A DNA stretch of 64,000 nt from Malacoraja senta (taxonomy: Eukaryota): NCBI GenBank assembly GCA_038087875.1, contig CM075987.1, positions 25,608,001-25,672,000 of the forward strand. Direction: 5' to 3'. The number at the start of each line of letters is the position of its first letter. Positions within the stretch are counted from its first letter, which is position 1. Positions 1 to 11,833 of this stretch are shown piece by piece. Position numbers and translations under genes: made by a program. The notes beneath the pieces are model-generated. The model was given only the letters and a program-made list of their open reading frames with translations, was not told the origin of the DNA and did not search any database.

Positions 1-143
1 ATGCTGGAGTAACCCAGCGGGACAGTCAGCATCTCTGGAGAGAAGGAATGGGTGAAGAAGGGTCTTGACCCGAAACGTCACCCATTCCTTCTCCCCAGAC
101 ATGCTGTCTGTCCCGCTGGGTTACTCCAGCATTTTGTGTGTGT
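1..143. mobile_element. Penelope-like element 3' end, inverted-repeat (palindromic) derivative
   Basis: ATGCTGGAGTAACCCAGCGGGACAG...CTGTCCCGCTGGGTTACTCCAGCAT arms around TGAAGAAGGGTCTTGACCCGAAACGTC; the same module ends GIY-YIG fragments elsewhere in the window. Confidence 0.75.
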
Positions 144-529
144 CTCCTATTTATTACTGCAGTTCCACATCTCGGGAGAATGCAGCCATTGCGTTACATT
201 GGTGTTGTGTAGGTACAAATAGTTGAATACTGACCAGATTCAAATTTCTAATGCAGTGAAACTCCAATAATTTAGTTTAGTTTAGTTCAGCTTAGAGATA
301 CAGTGTGGAAGCAGGCCCTACGCCGACCAACATGCCCCATCTACACCAGACCCACCTACCTGTGTTTGGCCCATGTTTCTCCAAACCTGTCCTATCCACG
401 TACCTCTCTAAATGTTTCTTAAATGTTACCTCAACTACCTCCTCCAGCATCTGTGCACTGGCAGTTCTTCATCTGTGCGCTGCGGTCAAGGTAGTAAACA
501 CAAGGAACTGCATATGTTGGTTGACATGG

Positions 530-963
530 TTGGTTGAAAACACTGCCCAGTCCATCATTGGCTCTGACCTCCCTACCAGCGAGGGGATCTATCGCAGTCG
601 CTGCCTCAAAAAGGCTGGCAGCATCATCAAGGACCCACACCATCCTGGCCACACACTCATCTCCCCGCTACCTTCAGGTAGAAGGCACAGGAGCCTGAAA
701 TCCAGGTTCAGGAATAGCTACTTCCCCACAGCCATCAGACTATTAAACTCAACTCAAACTAAACTCTGAACATTAATAGCCTATTGCACTTTATCTGCTT
801 ATTTATGTGTGTGTGTGTGTATATATATTCTATGGTATATGGACACACTGAAATGTTCTGTATTCATGCCTACTATATTCTGTTGTGCTGAATCAAAGCA
901 AGAATTTCATTGTCCTATCTGGGACACATGACAATAAACTCTCTTGAATCTTGAATCTTGAAC
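530..963 (+). mobile_element. Rex1-like LINE 3' fragment
   Basis: [12 protein letters not shown]...[21 protein letters not shown]...[15 protein letters not shown], nearly identical to the C-terminus of ORF 60068-61180; ends GACAATAAAC plus (TCTTGAA)n. Confidence 0.85.
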
Positions 964-971
964 ATTAAAAA

Positions 972-1258
972 AAAGACATAACGTGTTGGAGTAACTCAAG
1001 GGGTCAGGCAGCATCTCCGGAGAACATGGATAGGTAATGTTTCGGGTCATGACCCTTCTGCAGAAATGGTTGAAGGAGGGTCCCAACATGAAACGTCACC
1101 TATCAATGTTTTCCAGAGATGCTGAAGACAGACACAAAAAGCTGGGGTAACTCAACAGGACAGGCAACATCTCTGGAGAGAAGGAATGGGTGACGTTTCA
1201 GGTCAAGACCCTTCTTCAGCTGTCTGACCCACTGAGTTTCTCCAACAGTTTGCGTATT
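972..1258. mobile_element. Nested Penelope-derived palindromic inserts
   Basis: Two copies of the GGAGTAACTCA...GACCCTTCTTCAG module. Confidence 0.65.
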
Positions 1259-1317
1259 TCAATAGAAGCCTGAAGGCTTTGAAATTGGACGTATAATAAG
1301 TTTGCAATCTTTATAAG

Positions 1318-1660
1318 TTCAAAGTGATAGGAGTAGGTTTAGGCCATTCAGCCCATCGTCTACTCCACCATTCAATCATGGCTGATCCATCTCTCCCTCC
1401 TAACCCCATTCTCCTGCCTTCTCCCCATTACCTCTGACACCTGTACTAATCAAGAATCTAGCTATCTCTGCCTTAAAGATATCCATTGACTTGGCCTCCA
1501 CATGAATTCCACAGATTCCCCACTCTCTGACTAAAGAGATTCCTCCTCATCTCCTTCCTAAAGGAACGTCCTTTAATTCTGAGGATATTGCCCTTGGTCC
1601 TTGATTCTCCCACTAGTGGAAACATTTTCCCCACATCCACTCTATCCTGGCCTTGCACTA
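1318..1660 (-). mobile_element. CR1 (HER1-like) LINE 3' fragment
   Basis: GKMFPLVGESRTKG..LRIKGRSFRKEMRRNLFSQRVGNLWNS plus CR1 3' UTR. Confidence 0.85.
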
Positions 1661-2324
1661 TTTATATTTGAATTATCTCAGCACTGTACAATATGATGGA
1701 TGCATCCAAGTATAACTATGATGCATAACAAAATGAGAACATTGAACATTCCAAGGAGAGATGCAATTCCAGCAGGAAATCAAGAGCTTCACCTTTGGAA
1801 CGCCACTATTAATAAGATTTTGGTTTATCGGAAAAAAGATTGATATAAGAGGAATACATTTCCTCCTTCTCTTTAATACTCAGGATAAGGTCATTGGCAA
1901 AAGTTAAAATGATTCACATGGTAAAGTCAAATTTTCTAAACATTCCCCTCCAGCATAATATTTCACAAAGCCATGATTAAAAGGAAGCCTTTCTCCCATT
2001 TAGGATCAATGCGCAAAGGAATGCCGAAGGCTATTGTTCCGAGTGAAGGGTTTGCAAAATAAATAATGATTGGATAGGTGAACAGCTAGTGAGGGGACTA
2101 TGGGGAAAACAGACGAGCATTAGCTAGTCTTTTCCCAGATGCAATGCAGGCAAACTCCACTGAGCCTAATTGCCTGATAACAGAAATTAAAAGCTGATAT
2201 TTATACATCTCCTCTCGCATTCTCATGTCCCAAATGCACCATGAAGGTAGATTTATTTAAACTGCATCTTCTCATGTTCTCACTTCAACTGTGAATGCAT
2301 TTAAAGGGACAATCTCTTTCCAAT

Positions 2325-2703
2325 GTAGACTAAAATGCTGAAGAAACTCAGCGGGTGAGGCAGCATCTATGGAGAGAAGGAATAGGCGTTCTTCTTCAGA
2401 CTGGGGGTGGGGGGGGGGGGAGATGAATGGGAAAAGGAAAGGAAGAGGCGGAGACCATAGGCTTGTGGGAGAGCTGGGAGGGGAAGGGGAAGGAGAAGGA
2501 GGGAGAAAGCGAGGACTACCTGAAATTAGAGAAGTCAATGTTCATACCGCTGGGGTGTAAACTACCCAAGCGACATATGAGGTGCTGCTCCTCCAATTTG
2601 CGTCAAGGTCAGAAAGGTCAGATTCGGAATGGGAGGGGGAGTTCAGGTTGGTTATTGGGACTGAGCGGAGGTGTTGGGCGAAGCGATCGCCGAGCCTGCG
2701 CTT
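2325..2703 (-). mobile_element. Penelope-like element, GIY-YIG C-terminus and 3' UTR
   Basis: Minus strand encodes KRRLGDRFAQHLRSV..LNSPSHSESDLS; terminal module at 2325-2402. Confidence 0.75.
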
Positions 2704-2814
2704 TCCAATAGTTTCTTGTGGTTTTAAAACCATTTCCCCCCCATATTATGCTCCTTGTCAAGAGTCAGTATTATTATTTGTTTTATTGTCATATGTCCCG
2801 GGATAAACAACAAA

Positions 2815-3535
2815 ACACAGCGGGTCAGGCAGCATCTCGGTGGAAAATAAATTGGTGGCATTTCGGGCCGAGACCCTTCTTCAGACTGAGAGTCAGCGGA
2901 GAGGGAAACGAGAAATATGAAAAGATAGATCAGCCCAAAAAGCTGGAGTAACTCAGCGGGTCAGACGGCATGTCTGGAGAAAAGGAATAGGTGGCATTTC
3001 AGGTCACGACCCTTCTTCAGATCCGAGTCTTTCCGTCTTGATTCGAAACGTCACCTATTCCTTCTCTCCAGAGATGCTGACTGACCCGCTGAGTTACCCC
3101 AGTTTTTGTGTCTATCCTCGGTTTAAACCAGCATCTGCAGTTCCCTCTGACACAACATGAAAAGGAACATAGAACGAATGGATGAAAGGTATACAAAAGG
3201 ACAAATCAAAGCCAGCCAAGATGATCAAGGAAAGGTAGAGGCCACAATGGTCCATTGTTGGTTGTGGAGAAGGTGATAATGTGTGGATACAAACAGCGAA
3301 TCTTAACAGGACGACAGTGAAACTAGTACGACGACTAGGGTGGGCGAGCGACGGAGAGAGAGGGATGCAAGGGTTACTTGAAGTTGGAGAAATCAACAGC
3401 CGTACCGCTGGGGTGTAAGCTGCCCAAACAAAATATGAGATGCTGTTCCTCCAATTTGTGTGTGTCCTCACGCTGACAGTGGAGGAGGCCCTGGACAGAA
3501 AGGTCAATGTGTGGACGGGAAGGGGAGTTAAGGTG
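2815..3535 (-). mobile_element. Compound Penelope-like fragments
   Basis: DLSVQGLLHCQREDTHKLEEQHLIFCLGSLHPSG on the minus strand; several terminal modules in both orientations. Confidence 0.75.
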
Positions 3536-3610
3536 TATACACATATATATACACACACACACACACACACATATATACTGTATAATATATATATATATAT
3601 ACACACACAG
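3536..3610. repeat. (TA)n/(CA)n microsatellite
   Basis: Alternating TA and CA runs. Confidence 0.9.
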
Positions 3611-3769
3611 CACAGTTTCATACATGCATATCAGTTCCACGTGGCTGAAGTAGCAACACTGAAGAATTGTCTAATAAAGGGGAGGGAATGCAAACCTGGA
3701 CATCTGACAAATAGAATTAAAGGTATAAATTTGCATTAAAAAACTATACCCGTGGTGAATTGAAAGCAG

Positions 3770-4385
3770 CTATTGGTACCGTATACAGCTGTTGGTGCAG
3801 TTGTACAGAGCCCTAGTGAGACCACACCTGGAGTATTGTGTGCAGTTTTGGTCCTCTAATTTGAGGAAAGACATTCTTGCCATTGAGGGAGTGCAGCGTT
3901 GGTTTACAAGGTTAATTCCCGGGATGGCGGGACTGTCATATGCTGAGAGAATCGAGCAGCTGGGCTTGTACACTCTGGAGTTTAGAAGGATGAGAGGATA
4001 TCTCATTGAAACATATAAGATTGTTAAGGGCTTGGACACGCTAGAGGCAGGAAACATGTTCCCGATGTTGGGGGAGTCCAGAACCAACCAGGGGCCACAG
4101 TTTAAGAATAAGGAGTAAGCCATTTAGAACGGAGATGAGGAAACACCTTTTCTCACAGAGGAAATTCTGTGGAATTCTTTGCCTCAGAGGGCGGTGGAGG
4201 CCGGTTCTCTGGATACTTTCAAGAGAGAGCTAGATAGGGCTCTTAAAAATAGCGGCGTCAGGGGATATGTGGAGAAGGCAGGAACGGGGTACTGATTGGG
4301 GATGATCAGCCATGATCACATTGAATGGCGGTGCTGGCTCGAAGGGCTGAATGGCCTACTCCTGCAACTATTGTCTATTGTCTAT
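3770..4385 (+). mobile_element. CR1 LINE 3' fragment
   Basis: LYRALVRPHLEYCVQFWS...IEGVQRWFTRLIPGM; 3' UTR ending (CTATTGT)n. Confidence 0.9.
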
Positions 4386-4387
4386 AT

Positions 4388-4915
4388 TGTACCATATCTG
4401 AGGAAGGATGTGCTGATGTTGGAGAGGGTCCAGAGGAGATTGACAAAAATGATCCCAGGAATGATTGGTTTAGCATATGATGAGTGTTTGACGACACTGG
4501 GCCTGTACTCGCTGGAGTTTAGAAGGATGAGGGGCAACCTCATTGAAACTTACCGAATAGTGAAAGGCTTGGATAGAGTGAATGTGGGGAGGATGTTTCC
4601 ACTCGTGGGAGAGTCAAGGACCAGAGGCCACAGCCTCAGATTAAAAGGACCTACCTTTAGAAAGGAGATGATGAGGAATTTCTGCAGTCAGAGGGTGGTG
4701 AATCTGTGGAATTCATTGCCACTGACCGCTGTGACGGGCAAGTCATTGGGTATTTTTAAGGCAGAGATTGACAGATTCTTGATTAGTATGGGTGTCAGGG
4801 TTAATGGGGAGAAGGGAGGAGAATGGGGTTAGGAGGGAGAGATAGATCAGCCATGATTGTATGGTGGAGTAGACTTGATGGGCCGAATTCTGCTCCTATA
4901 ATTTATAAACCGATG
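4388..4915 (+). mobile_element. CR1 LINE 3' fragment, second subfamily
   Basis: PYLRKDVLMLERVQRRLTKMIPGM...RTRGHSLRLKG..QRVVNLWNSLP. Confidence 0.9.
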
Positions 4916-5644
4916 AACCATGTCCACGCCAACTGCCAAACACCCATTCACACCATTTCTATGGTATCCCACTTTCCTATCCACTCACTACACGCTAGGG
5001 GCTAATTTACAGTGTGTCCAATTAACCTACAAACCTGCATGTTTTGGGGATGTGGGAGGAACCTGGAGCACCTAGGGAGAACATGCAAACTCCATCTGCT
5101 CCTGTAATTGATGAACTTATGAATTATGATATAGTCAATACAATCAGATGAATGAAGGTTGTTAAACATGCCGTCCCTGCTCAGGAAGGGCTTGGCTGAA
5201 CTCAGCTCAGGGTTGTATGAAAGTCAAGTTGTGGACAGATCACTATTCAAAGAACATAGATAAGATGATTCCATGTGCGGTATAGTCACTCCAAATCCTA
5301 GATAGGAATGCTTAATACATTTTGTGACAGAGATATATTTTGCTGAGAGGCATTTATTACTTTTATGCTCTTAATACTGTATATCTTACTGTGAGGCTTC
5401 TTCTCGATACAACTGGGTTTAAAATGGTGATTACACACAGATGCCCCTTTAGATATCCCGCACAATGATCTTCCTGCCAACATTGTTCACAGCGTAGAAA
5501 GTATCAGCCCATGTTTTTGTTATTGTACTGAGGAGTATTGGGAAACGTCTTTTCGTTTTGCACTGCACACCTGTTGCTTGCAAGATGACAATAAAGGAAT
5601 TGAATTGAATTGAATTGAATTGTGTGCGATGTAGGGCTCATTTT

Positions 5645-5942
5645 TAGTTTAGTTTAGAGATACAGCGCGGAAACCGACCGATCGGCCCACTGAGTCCGCA
5701 CCAACCAGCGATCCCTCACATTGACACTGTCCTACACACACTTGGGATAATTTGTACACTCATGCCAATCCAATTAACCTACAACCCTGTACGTCTTTGG
5801 AGTGTTGGAAGAAACTGGAGATCTCGGAGAAAGCCCACGCGGTCCCGGGGAGAACGTACAAACTCCGTACAGACAGCACCCGTAGTCGGGATCGAACCCG
5901 GGTCTCTGGCGCCGTAAGGCAGCAACTCTACCACTTTGCCCT
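5645..5942 (-). mobile_element. HE1-like V-SINE
   Basis: tRNA-like head with B box GGTTCGATCC, V-domain GGAGTTTGTACGTTCTCCC...CTCCAAAGAC, CR1-type tail (CTAAA)n. Confidence 0.85.
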
Positions 5943-6156
5943 TTCTGCATAATTTAATCATTGTTACCACGTCTCAATAACCCCTACTGAAGTACTTGGG
6001 TTTCATTTATTCAAGTACTTATTCAACTTGAGTTGTCATCAATAACTTTCTCTCAAATTTCCTAACATCTTAATATAAATAATAGCTTTCACGCAGGTTT
6101 CTGCAAATGACAGCTCATGACGGCTCCATGAATTTATTATACACAGCAGTATGCTT

Positions 6157-6790
6157 TCCCTCCTTCTCTATCCCTCCCCCATCCTAATTCTCTGACCAGT
6201 CTGACTGTCCTCCTGATTAAATCTTACCTTTGTATGCCTCGTTGTCAGCTTCCCCCAGCTAATGGTGCTGTCCCACTGTACGAGCTAATTCAAGAGTTCT
6301 CCCGAGTTTCCCCTGATTCGAACTCGGAAAATTACGGTAATAGCCGCTCGTAGGTACTCGGGGCTCTCGTGGACATTTTTCAACATGTTGAAAAATCTTC
6401 ACGAGTCTTCCCGAGCTTACCACGTTTCCCGAGTACCTGCCGTTGGCGTTACGAGCCGCTAAGAGACGTCCCCGAGCTCCGACGTACCCGCTACGTACAT
6501 TCTACATGCTTACCACGAGTTTGATTATTTTTTTTTACTCGGGAGAGCTCTTTGGTAAACTCGAACAATGGGACAGCCTCTTAACAGTGATCTATTCTAT
6601 ATTTTCCTTGAACTTTGTCCATTTTGACCTCTCGGTTTCGACCATACCCTTCCATATCTCTGTGTCTCCCTCTCCCCTGGCTCTCAGTCTGAAGAAGGGT
6701 ATCGAACCGAAACATCACCCATTCTTTCTCTCCAGAGATGCTGCTTGTCCCGCTGAGTTGCTCCAGCATTTTGTGTCTATCTGGTATTAA
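6157..6790 (+). mobile_element. Penelope-like 3' UTR interrupted by a MITE
   Basis: Matches the 8930-9230 UTR once 6263-6581 is removed; ends in the CTGAAGAAGGG...GAAAC module. Confidence 0.7.
6263..6581. mobile_element. PIF/Harbinger-type MITE
   Basis: Terminal inverted repeats (TIRs) TGGTGCTGTCCCACTGT / ACAATGGGACAGCCTCT; TAA on both sides (6260-6262, 6582-6584). Confidence 0.8.
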
Positions 6791-7116
6791 AATACTTATT
6801 TTCTTTCATGCATATCAGTTCCATGTGGCTGAAGTAGCAACACTGAAGAACCGTCTAATAAATGAGAGAGATTGCAAACCTGGACATTTGACAAATAATA
6901 TTAAAGGTATAAATTTACATACAAACAATGCCTGCGGTGAATTGAAAGCAGATTTGACAAATTTCCATAAGCTGTATTCCAGAAATTCATGTGATATGAG
7001 CAGAATTAGCCATTCGGCCAATCAAGTCTACTCAGCCATTCAGTCATGGCTGATCTATCTTTCCCTCTTAATCTCATTCTTCTGCCTTCTCCCCGTAACC
7101 CCTGACACCCATAACA

Positions 7117-7417
7117 GGGCGGCAGGATGGCACGATAGCGCAGCGGTAGAGTTGCCGCCTCACAGCGCCAGAGACCCGGGTTCGATCCTGACTGTGGGTG
7201 CTGTCCGTACGGAGTTTGCACGTTCTCCCCGTGACCGAGTGGGTTTTCTCCGAGGTCTTCAGTTTCTTCCCACACTCCAAAGATGTACAGGTTTGTAGGT
7301 TTTGGCTTGGTAAGACTGTATGAAAAGGGTAGTGTTAATGTGTGGAGGTCGCTGGTCGGTGGGGACTAGGTGGGCCGAAGGGCCTGTTTCCGCGCTGTAT
7401 CTCTAAGCTAAACTGAA
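7117..7417 (+). mobile_element. HE1-like V-SINE nested in a minus-strand CR1 fragment (about 6985-7515)
   Basis: A/B boxes, V-domain and tail; CR1 sequence continues on both sides. Confidence 0.85.
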
Positions 7418-8289
7418 CGAATCAAGAATCTGCCTTAAAAAAAATCCATTGACTTGGCCTCCACAGCCTTCTGTGGCAATGAATTCCACAGATTCACCAC
7501 CCTCTGACTAAAGAAATGTGCAAACTCCACACAGACAGTACCCGGGGACAGGATTAAAACCGGGTTTTGGGCATTGTGAGGCAGCAGCCCTACCAACTAT
7601 GCCACTGATATTGAGAATTTGATTGAACTGAGTTTTATTATATCCTTCCTCCACCATTTGATCAATGAATTTCACAGATTCACCACCCTCTGTCTAAAAA
7701 TTCCCTTTAAAAATAAAGTCTGTTTACTCCGTGAGTGACCCATATCGCAGATAAGTTTGCTTTGTGGCTACTGACAGTATATGATCTATCGCCACCGCTC
7801 ACTACAGAAATTTGTCAACATTTACAGCCAGTTATTATCGCAGAGTAAAACGATTTATGATTTCAGCCGGGCTCATAATTCATCGCAGATAATACCAGAT
7901 GATAAAATGCCGTTCACAAAATGGTTGGTTACTTGCAAAAATATATGCCAAGTATATGTCGTAAGTGGTACAATGAATGAAAATCTTTCTCCAAATATTC
8001 AGATATGTCAGACATTTAAGGATGAAATTAAAATTCAGATTAAAGTAAATTGATGTCATCAATCTGTCTTTGCTGAAATATGAATGTCTGCAAATCTTTT
8101 TATTATATATCTTCCCCATCCATTGTTATATGTCATGTTAATTTATGTGTGTATATATATATATTGGTAATTATATGAAATAGACAGCTTTGCAGATTAC
8201 ATAAAATTGATTTCTCCAGCACATTACAAAGGATTTCAACATTTACATTCCAAAGCTGACATGATGACATTCAAAGAACAATTTGAAGG

Positions 8290-8613
8290 GGGCGGCATGG
8301 TGTCGCAGTGGTAGAGTTGCTGCCTTAAAGCAGCGCCGGAGACCCAAGTTCGATCTCGACCACGGGTGCCGCCTGTACGGAGTTTGTACGTTCTCCCCGT
8401 GACCTGCGTGGGTTTTCTCCGAGATCTTCGGTTTCCTCACACACTCCAAAGACGTACAGGTTTGTAGGTTAATTGGATTGGTATAAGTGTAAAAATACTC
8501 TAGTGTAGAATACTGTTAATGTGCAGGGATTGCTGGTCGGCGCACTCCGTGGGCCAAAGGACCTGTTTCTGCGCTGTATTAAACTAAACTTAAATGTACT
8601 AAACTAAACTAAA
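8290..8613 (+). mobile_element. HE1-like V-SINE
   Basis: GGGCGGCATGGTGTCGCAGTGGTAGAG head to (CTAAA)n tail. Confidence 0.85.
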
Positions 8614-9230
8614 GAGGTTCATTTGTATCTCCTCCAACCTTATCTACTGTATCCGCCGTTCCAGGTGTGGACTCCCGTATATCAGCGAGACCAAGCGCAG
8701 GTTCGGCGATTGTTTCGCTGAACACCTCCGCTCAGTCCGCCTAAACCTACCTGATCTCCTGGTTGCTCAGCACTTCAACTCCCCCTCCCTTTCCCACACT
8801 GACATTTCTGTCCTGGGCCTCCTCCACTGTCAGAGTGAGGCCCAGCGCAAATTGGAGGAACAGCATCTCATATTTCGCTTGGGCAGTGGTATGAATATTG
8901 CCTTCTCTAACTTCAAGTAACCCTTAATTTCCCTCTCTCTCCATCCCTCCCCCTTCCAAGTTCTCCGACCAGTCTGACTGTCCTTGTTTACATTTGATCT
9001 CTGTTTGCTTTGTTGTTAACTTCTCCAAGCCAACAATGATCTATTTCACATTTTCCTTGATCCCCATCCCCTTTGTCACGTTTTCACACCCTACATTTCC
9101 TTATCTCTGTACCTCCCTCTCCCCTGATTCAGTCTGAAGAAGGATCTCGACCCAAAATGTCACCCATTCCTTCTATCCAGAGCTGCTCCCTGTCCCACTG
9201 AGTTACTCCAGCATTTTGTGCCTATAAACT
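8614..9230 (+). mobile_element. Penelope-like element (Neptune-type) GIY-YIG endonuclease remnant and 3' UTR
   Basis: Hand translation RFICISSNLIYCIRRSRCGLPYISETKRRFGDCFAEHLRSV...QHFNSPS...KLEEQHLIFRLG shows degenerate GIY-YIG motifs with Cys spacer. Confidence 0.85.
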
Positions 9231-9931
9231 AAACTAAAAATTGAAATCTGATTCACGTAACTCTGAATGACATTTACTTTCAAGGTCACCCAGACTAAAG
9301 GCATTTTATTTTGTGTCTACCTAAAGGTATTTTAAGACAAATTAGAAAGATCTCAAAATGACTATTGCATAAGCCAACCAGAAGATAACTGCAGTTCTAT
9401 TTAAAAGTAATTATACTTAAATTCAGAGCATCTCATTTAAGATTGCAGTTTATGGTTCCCTTAATAATTTAATAAGTATAGTTCCAGTACCAGACAAAAA
9501 TGTCTCAAGATGTCTTGAAGTAATTCAAGATGCCTAAATTAGAGATGAAGACAGTTGAAGAATTAAAAATAATCGGTGATATCTCCAAGTAACAGTTTAG
9601 CTCCAGCCTATGCAATATTATTTAAGGATTTGCCATTTTAATCTTCACAAATGTGTTCCTAATGCGTTTACTTATTGAAAATCATTGGATGAATGTAATG
9701 ATTTCAATTCCAGGAGGGCATCCAATTGATTTGCCTTGCCTTTATCTGCATTGATAAAGTTATTTTACTTAATTCTATGTTGCAGTCTTTCTAATCTTCT
9801 TTTCACAGCATTAACATTGGAGTCAAACAATCTTAAAATGCTGGGGGCTTCTGCATTCCAACTTGAACAACCCATGAATAATGATACGTTTAAGCGTCTG
9901 AAATTCCCTCCCTGTACACAAAAAAAGCGGT

Positions 9932-10195
9932 TTCATAAGGTCATGAGTGATAGGAGGAGAATTAGGCCATTTGGCCTATCACGTCTTGTCCACCATTCAA
10001 TCATGGCAATCTCTCCCTCCTAACCCCATTCTCCGGCCTTCTCCCCATAACCCCTGACACCCGTACTAATCAAGAAACTATCTACAGTATCTCTGCTTTA
10101 AAAATTGGTTTGGCCTCCACCACCTTCTGTGGCAAAGAATTCCACAGATTCAGCACACTCTGACCAAAATAAATTCCTCCCCGTCTCCTTCCTTA
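9932..10195 (-). mobile_element. CR1 LINE 3' end
   Basis: Matches other CR1 3' UTR copies in the window. Confidence 0.75.
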
Positions 10196-10682
10196 AGAAT
10201 CTCTGGATAGAAGAAATGGGTGACGTTTCGGGTCAGTTCAGTTTAGTTTATTGTCATGTGTACCGAGGTAAAAAGCTTTTGTAGCGTGCGAATGAGTCAT
10301 CAGAAAGACAATACAAGATTACAATAGAGCCATTTACAGTGTATAGATGGAGATTTAAGCGTGTGGAGTGATTGTAATATAAATTTGTAGATCAGCTTCT
10401 GTGGCTCGCTTCCAAATAGTCGCCTGTGTTGGGCGCCATCTTGGAAGCAGAAAACTATTCTTTTTCTCCAGGGAAGCTGCCTGACCCGCTGAGTTTCTCC
10501 AGCATTTTGTGTCTATCTCAGTCTCTTACGTGGGTTGGTGGCATGGGTAAGGTGAGGTTAGTAGAAGTCCTATTCTGCCGCATAGTTTATTTTAGTTTAG
10601 TTTAGAAGACACGTTTACCACAAGTCTTCATCTCCCATGGGTTGGCATTAATTCAGAAATTCTAAACAATAGAGTTCAAGTC

Positions 10683-10850
10683 TGAGAGAGCTAGATAGGG
10701 CTCTTAAATATAGCGGAGTCAGGGGATATGTGGAGAAGGCAGGAACAGGGTACTGATTGGGGATGATCAGCCATGATCACATTGAATGGCGGTGCTGGCT
10801 CGAAGGGCCGAAAGGCCTACTCCTGCACCTATTGTGTATTGTCTATTGTA
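10683..10850 (+). mobile_element. CR1 LINE 3' end
   Basis: Nearly identical to 4223-4385. Confidence 0.8.
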
Positions 10851-11240
10851 AACAGTTTGATATCAGTAACACCCAGCTTTGTTTTATGTTTAACCAGTCT
10901 TTTGGAAGCCTAAGATAAACACAAAAACCTGGAGTATCTCAACGGGTAAGGCGGGATCTCTGGAGAAAAAGGACTTTTGGAAGTCTACTGGCTTACCGCC
11001 CCTGTATCAATTCCAATAAAAGGAGAAATAGATGGATGGATTTTGGATTTGAATTTTTAACGGATTTCCTTTGCAATAAATAATTGCTTTTAGCAATGAA
11101 AATTACCAGCCATGTTACGAGTATGAGCCAATGTGGAAAGATTAATGAAAGAAATCCATTTATGAAAGAAATCCATTTATCCGAATATTGTTTGACTTTG
11201 GCTATCAGATTGATGTGTTCACTGAGTTGATCTTTTAATA

Positions 11241-11606
11241 AAGGTCCACCATTAATTTTCTGGCAATTGGTGGTCCAGCACCTCCTTAAATCCAGACAAA
11301 ATTATGAGAGCGCACTTGAAAACCCACCCGGAAGTCCCCCCAAAAATGTGGTGCCTAGTTTGGCCAATCCCGACCACATTGGGATTTGCCCCCCTGCGGC
11401 CGTGTCTCTGGAACTCCGGCCCGGACGAAGCCGGCAGATCTGACTTCCGAGGCCGACTTTGCGGGCCGGTATCTTGGCCCCTTGGCAGTTTCGGCAAACC
11501 GTTCCAGTACCGTTGGAATCCTGTCGGTGGCCACGACCTCTGTTGCTCCTGCAAATGCAGAAAGGCTCTGGAACCAAGGGTGCCGGGAAAATCGGTGGTA
11601 GACCTG
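11241..11606. mobile_element. Tc1/mariner (Tigger/pogo-like) MITE
   Basis: Imperfect TIRs AAGGTCCACCATTAATTTTCTGGCA vs reverse complement CAGGTCTACCACCGATTTTCCCGGCA; TA on both sides; GC-rich core. Confidence 0.65.
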
Positions 11607-11621
11607 TATATTAATTAAAAT

Positions 11622-11833
11622 CATTGAAATTAAAATCATATATTTGCATTTCACGTGCACATAATTTTATCAATTTTATTGTAATTTCCTTTTAAATGTA
11701 TTTTCTTATATTAGAAATCTTATTAATAACAAGATTTCTCGTATAAGAAAATACATTTAAACGGTAATGACAATAAAATCATTGATAAAATTATCTGCAC
11801 GTGAAATACAAATCATTTATTTTAATTTCAGTG
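11622..11833. repeat. 212-bp AT-rich imperfect palindrome (long hairpin)
   Basis: Left arm CATTGAAATTAAAAT...AGAAATCTT pairs with right arm AAGATTTCT...ATTTTAATTTCAGTG; centre near 11726. Confidence 0.9.

Noticed and set aside
3440..3739. Paralogous peptide HAYQFHVAEVATLKN in ORFs 3440 and 6738
   Set aside because: Explained by the local DNA duplication; the ORFs run through TE and microsatellite sequence and I found no convincing splice sites.
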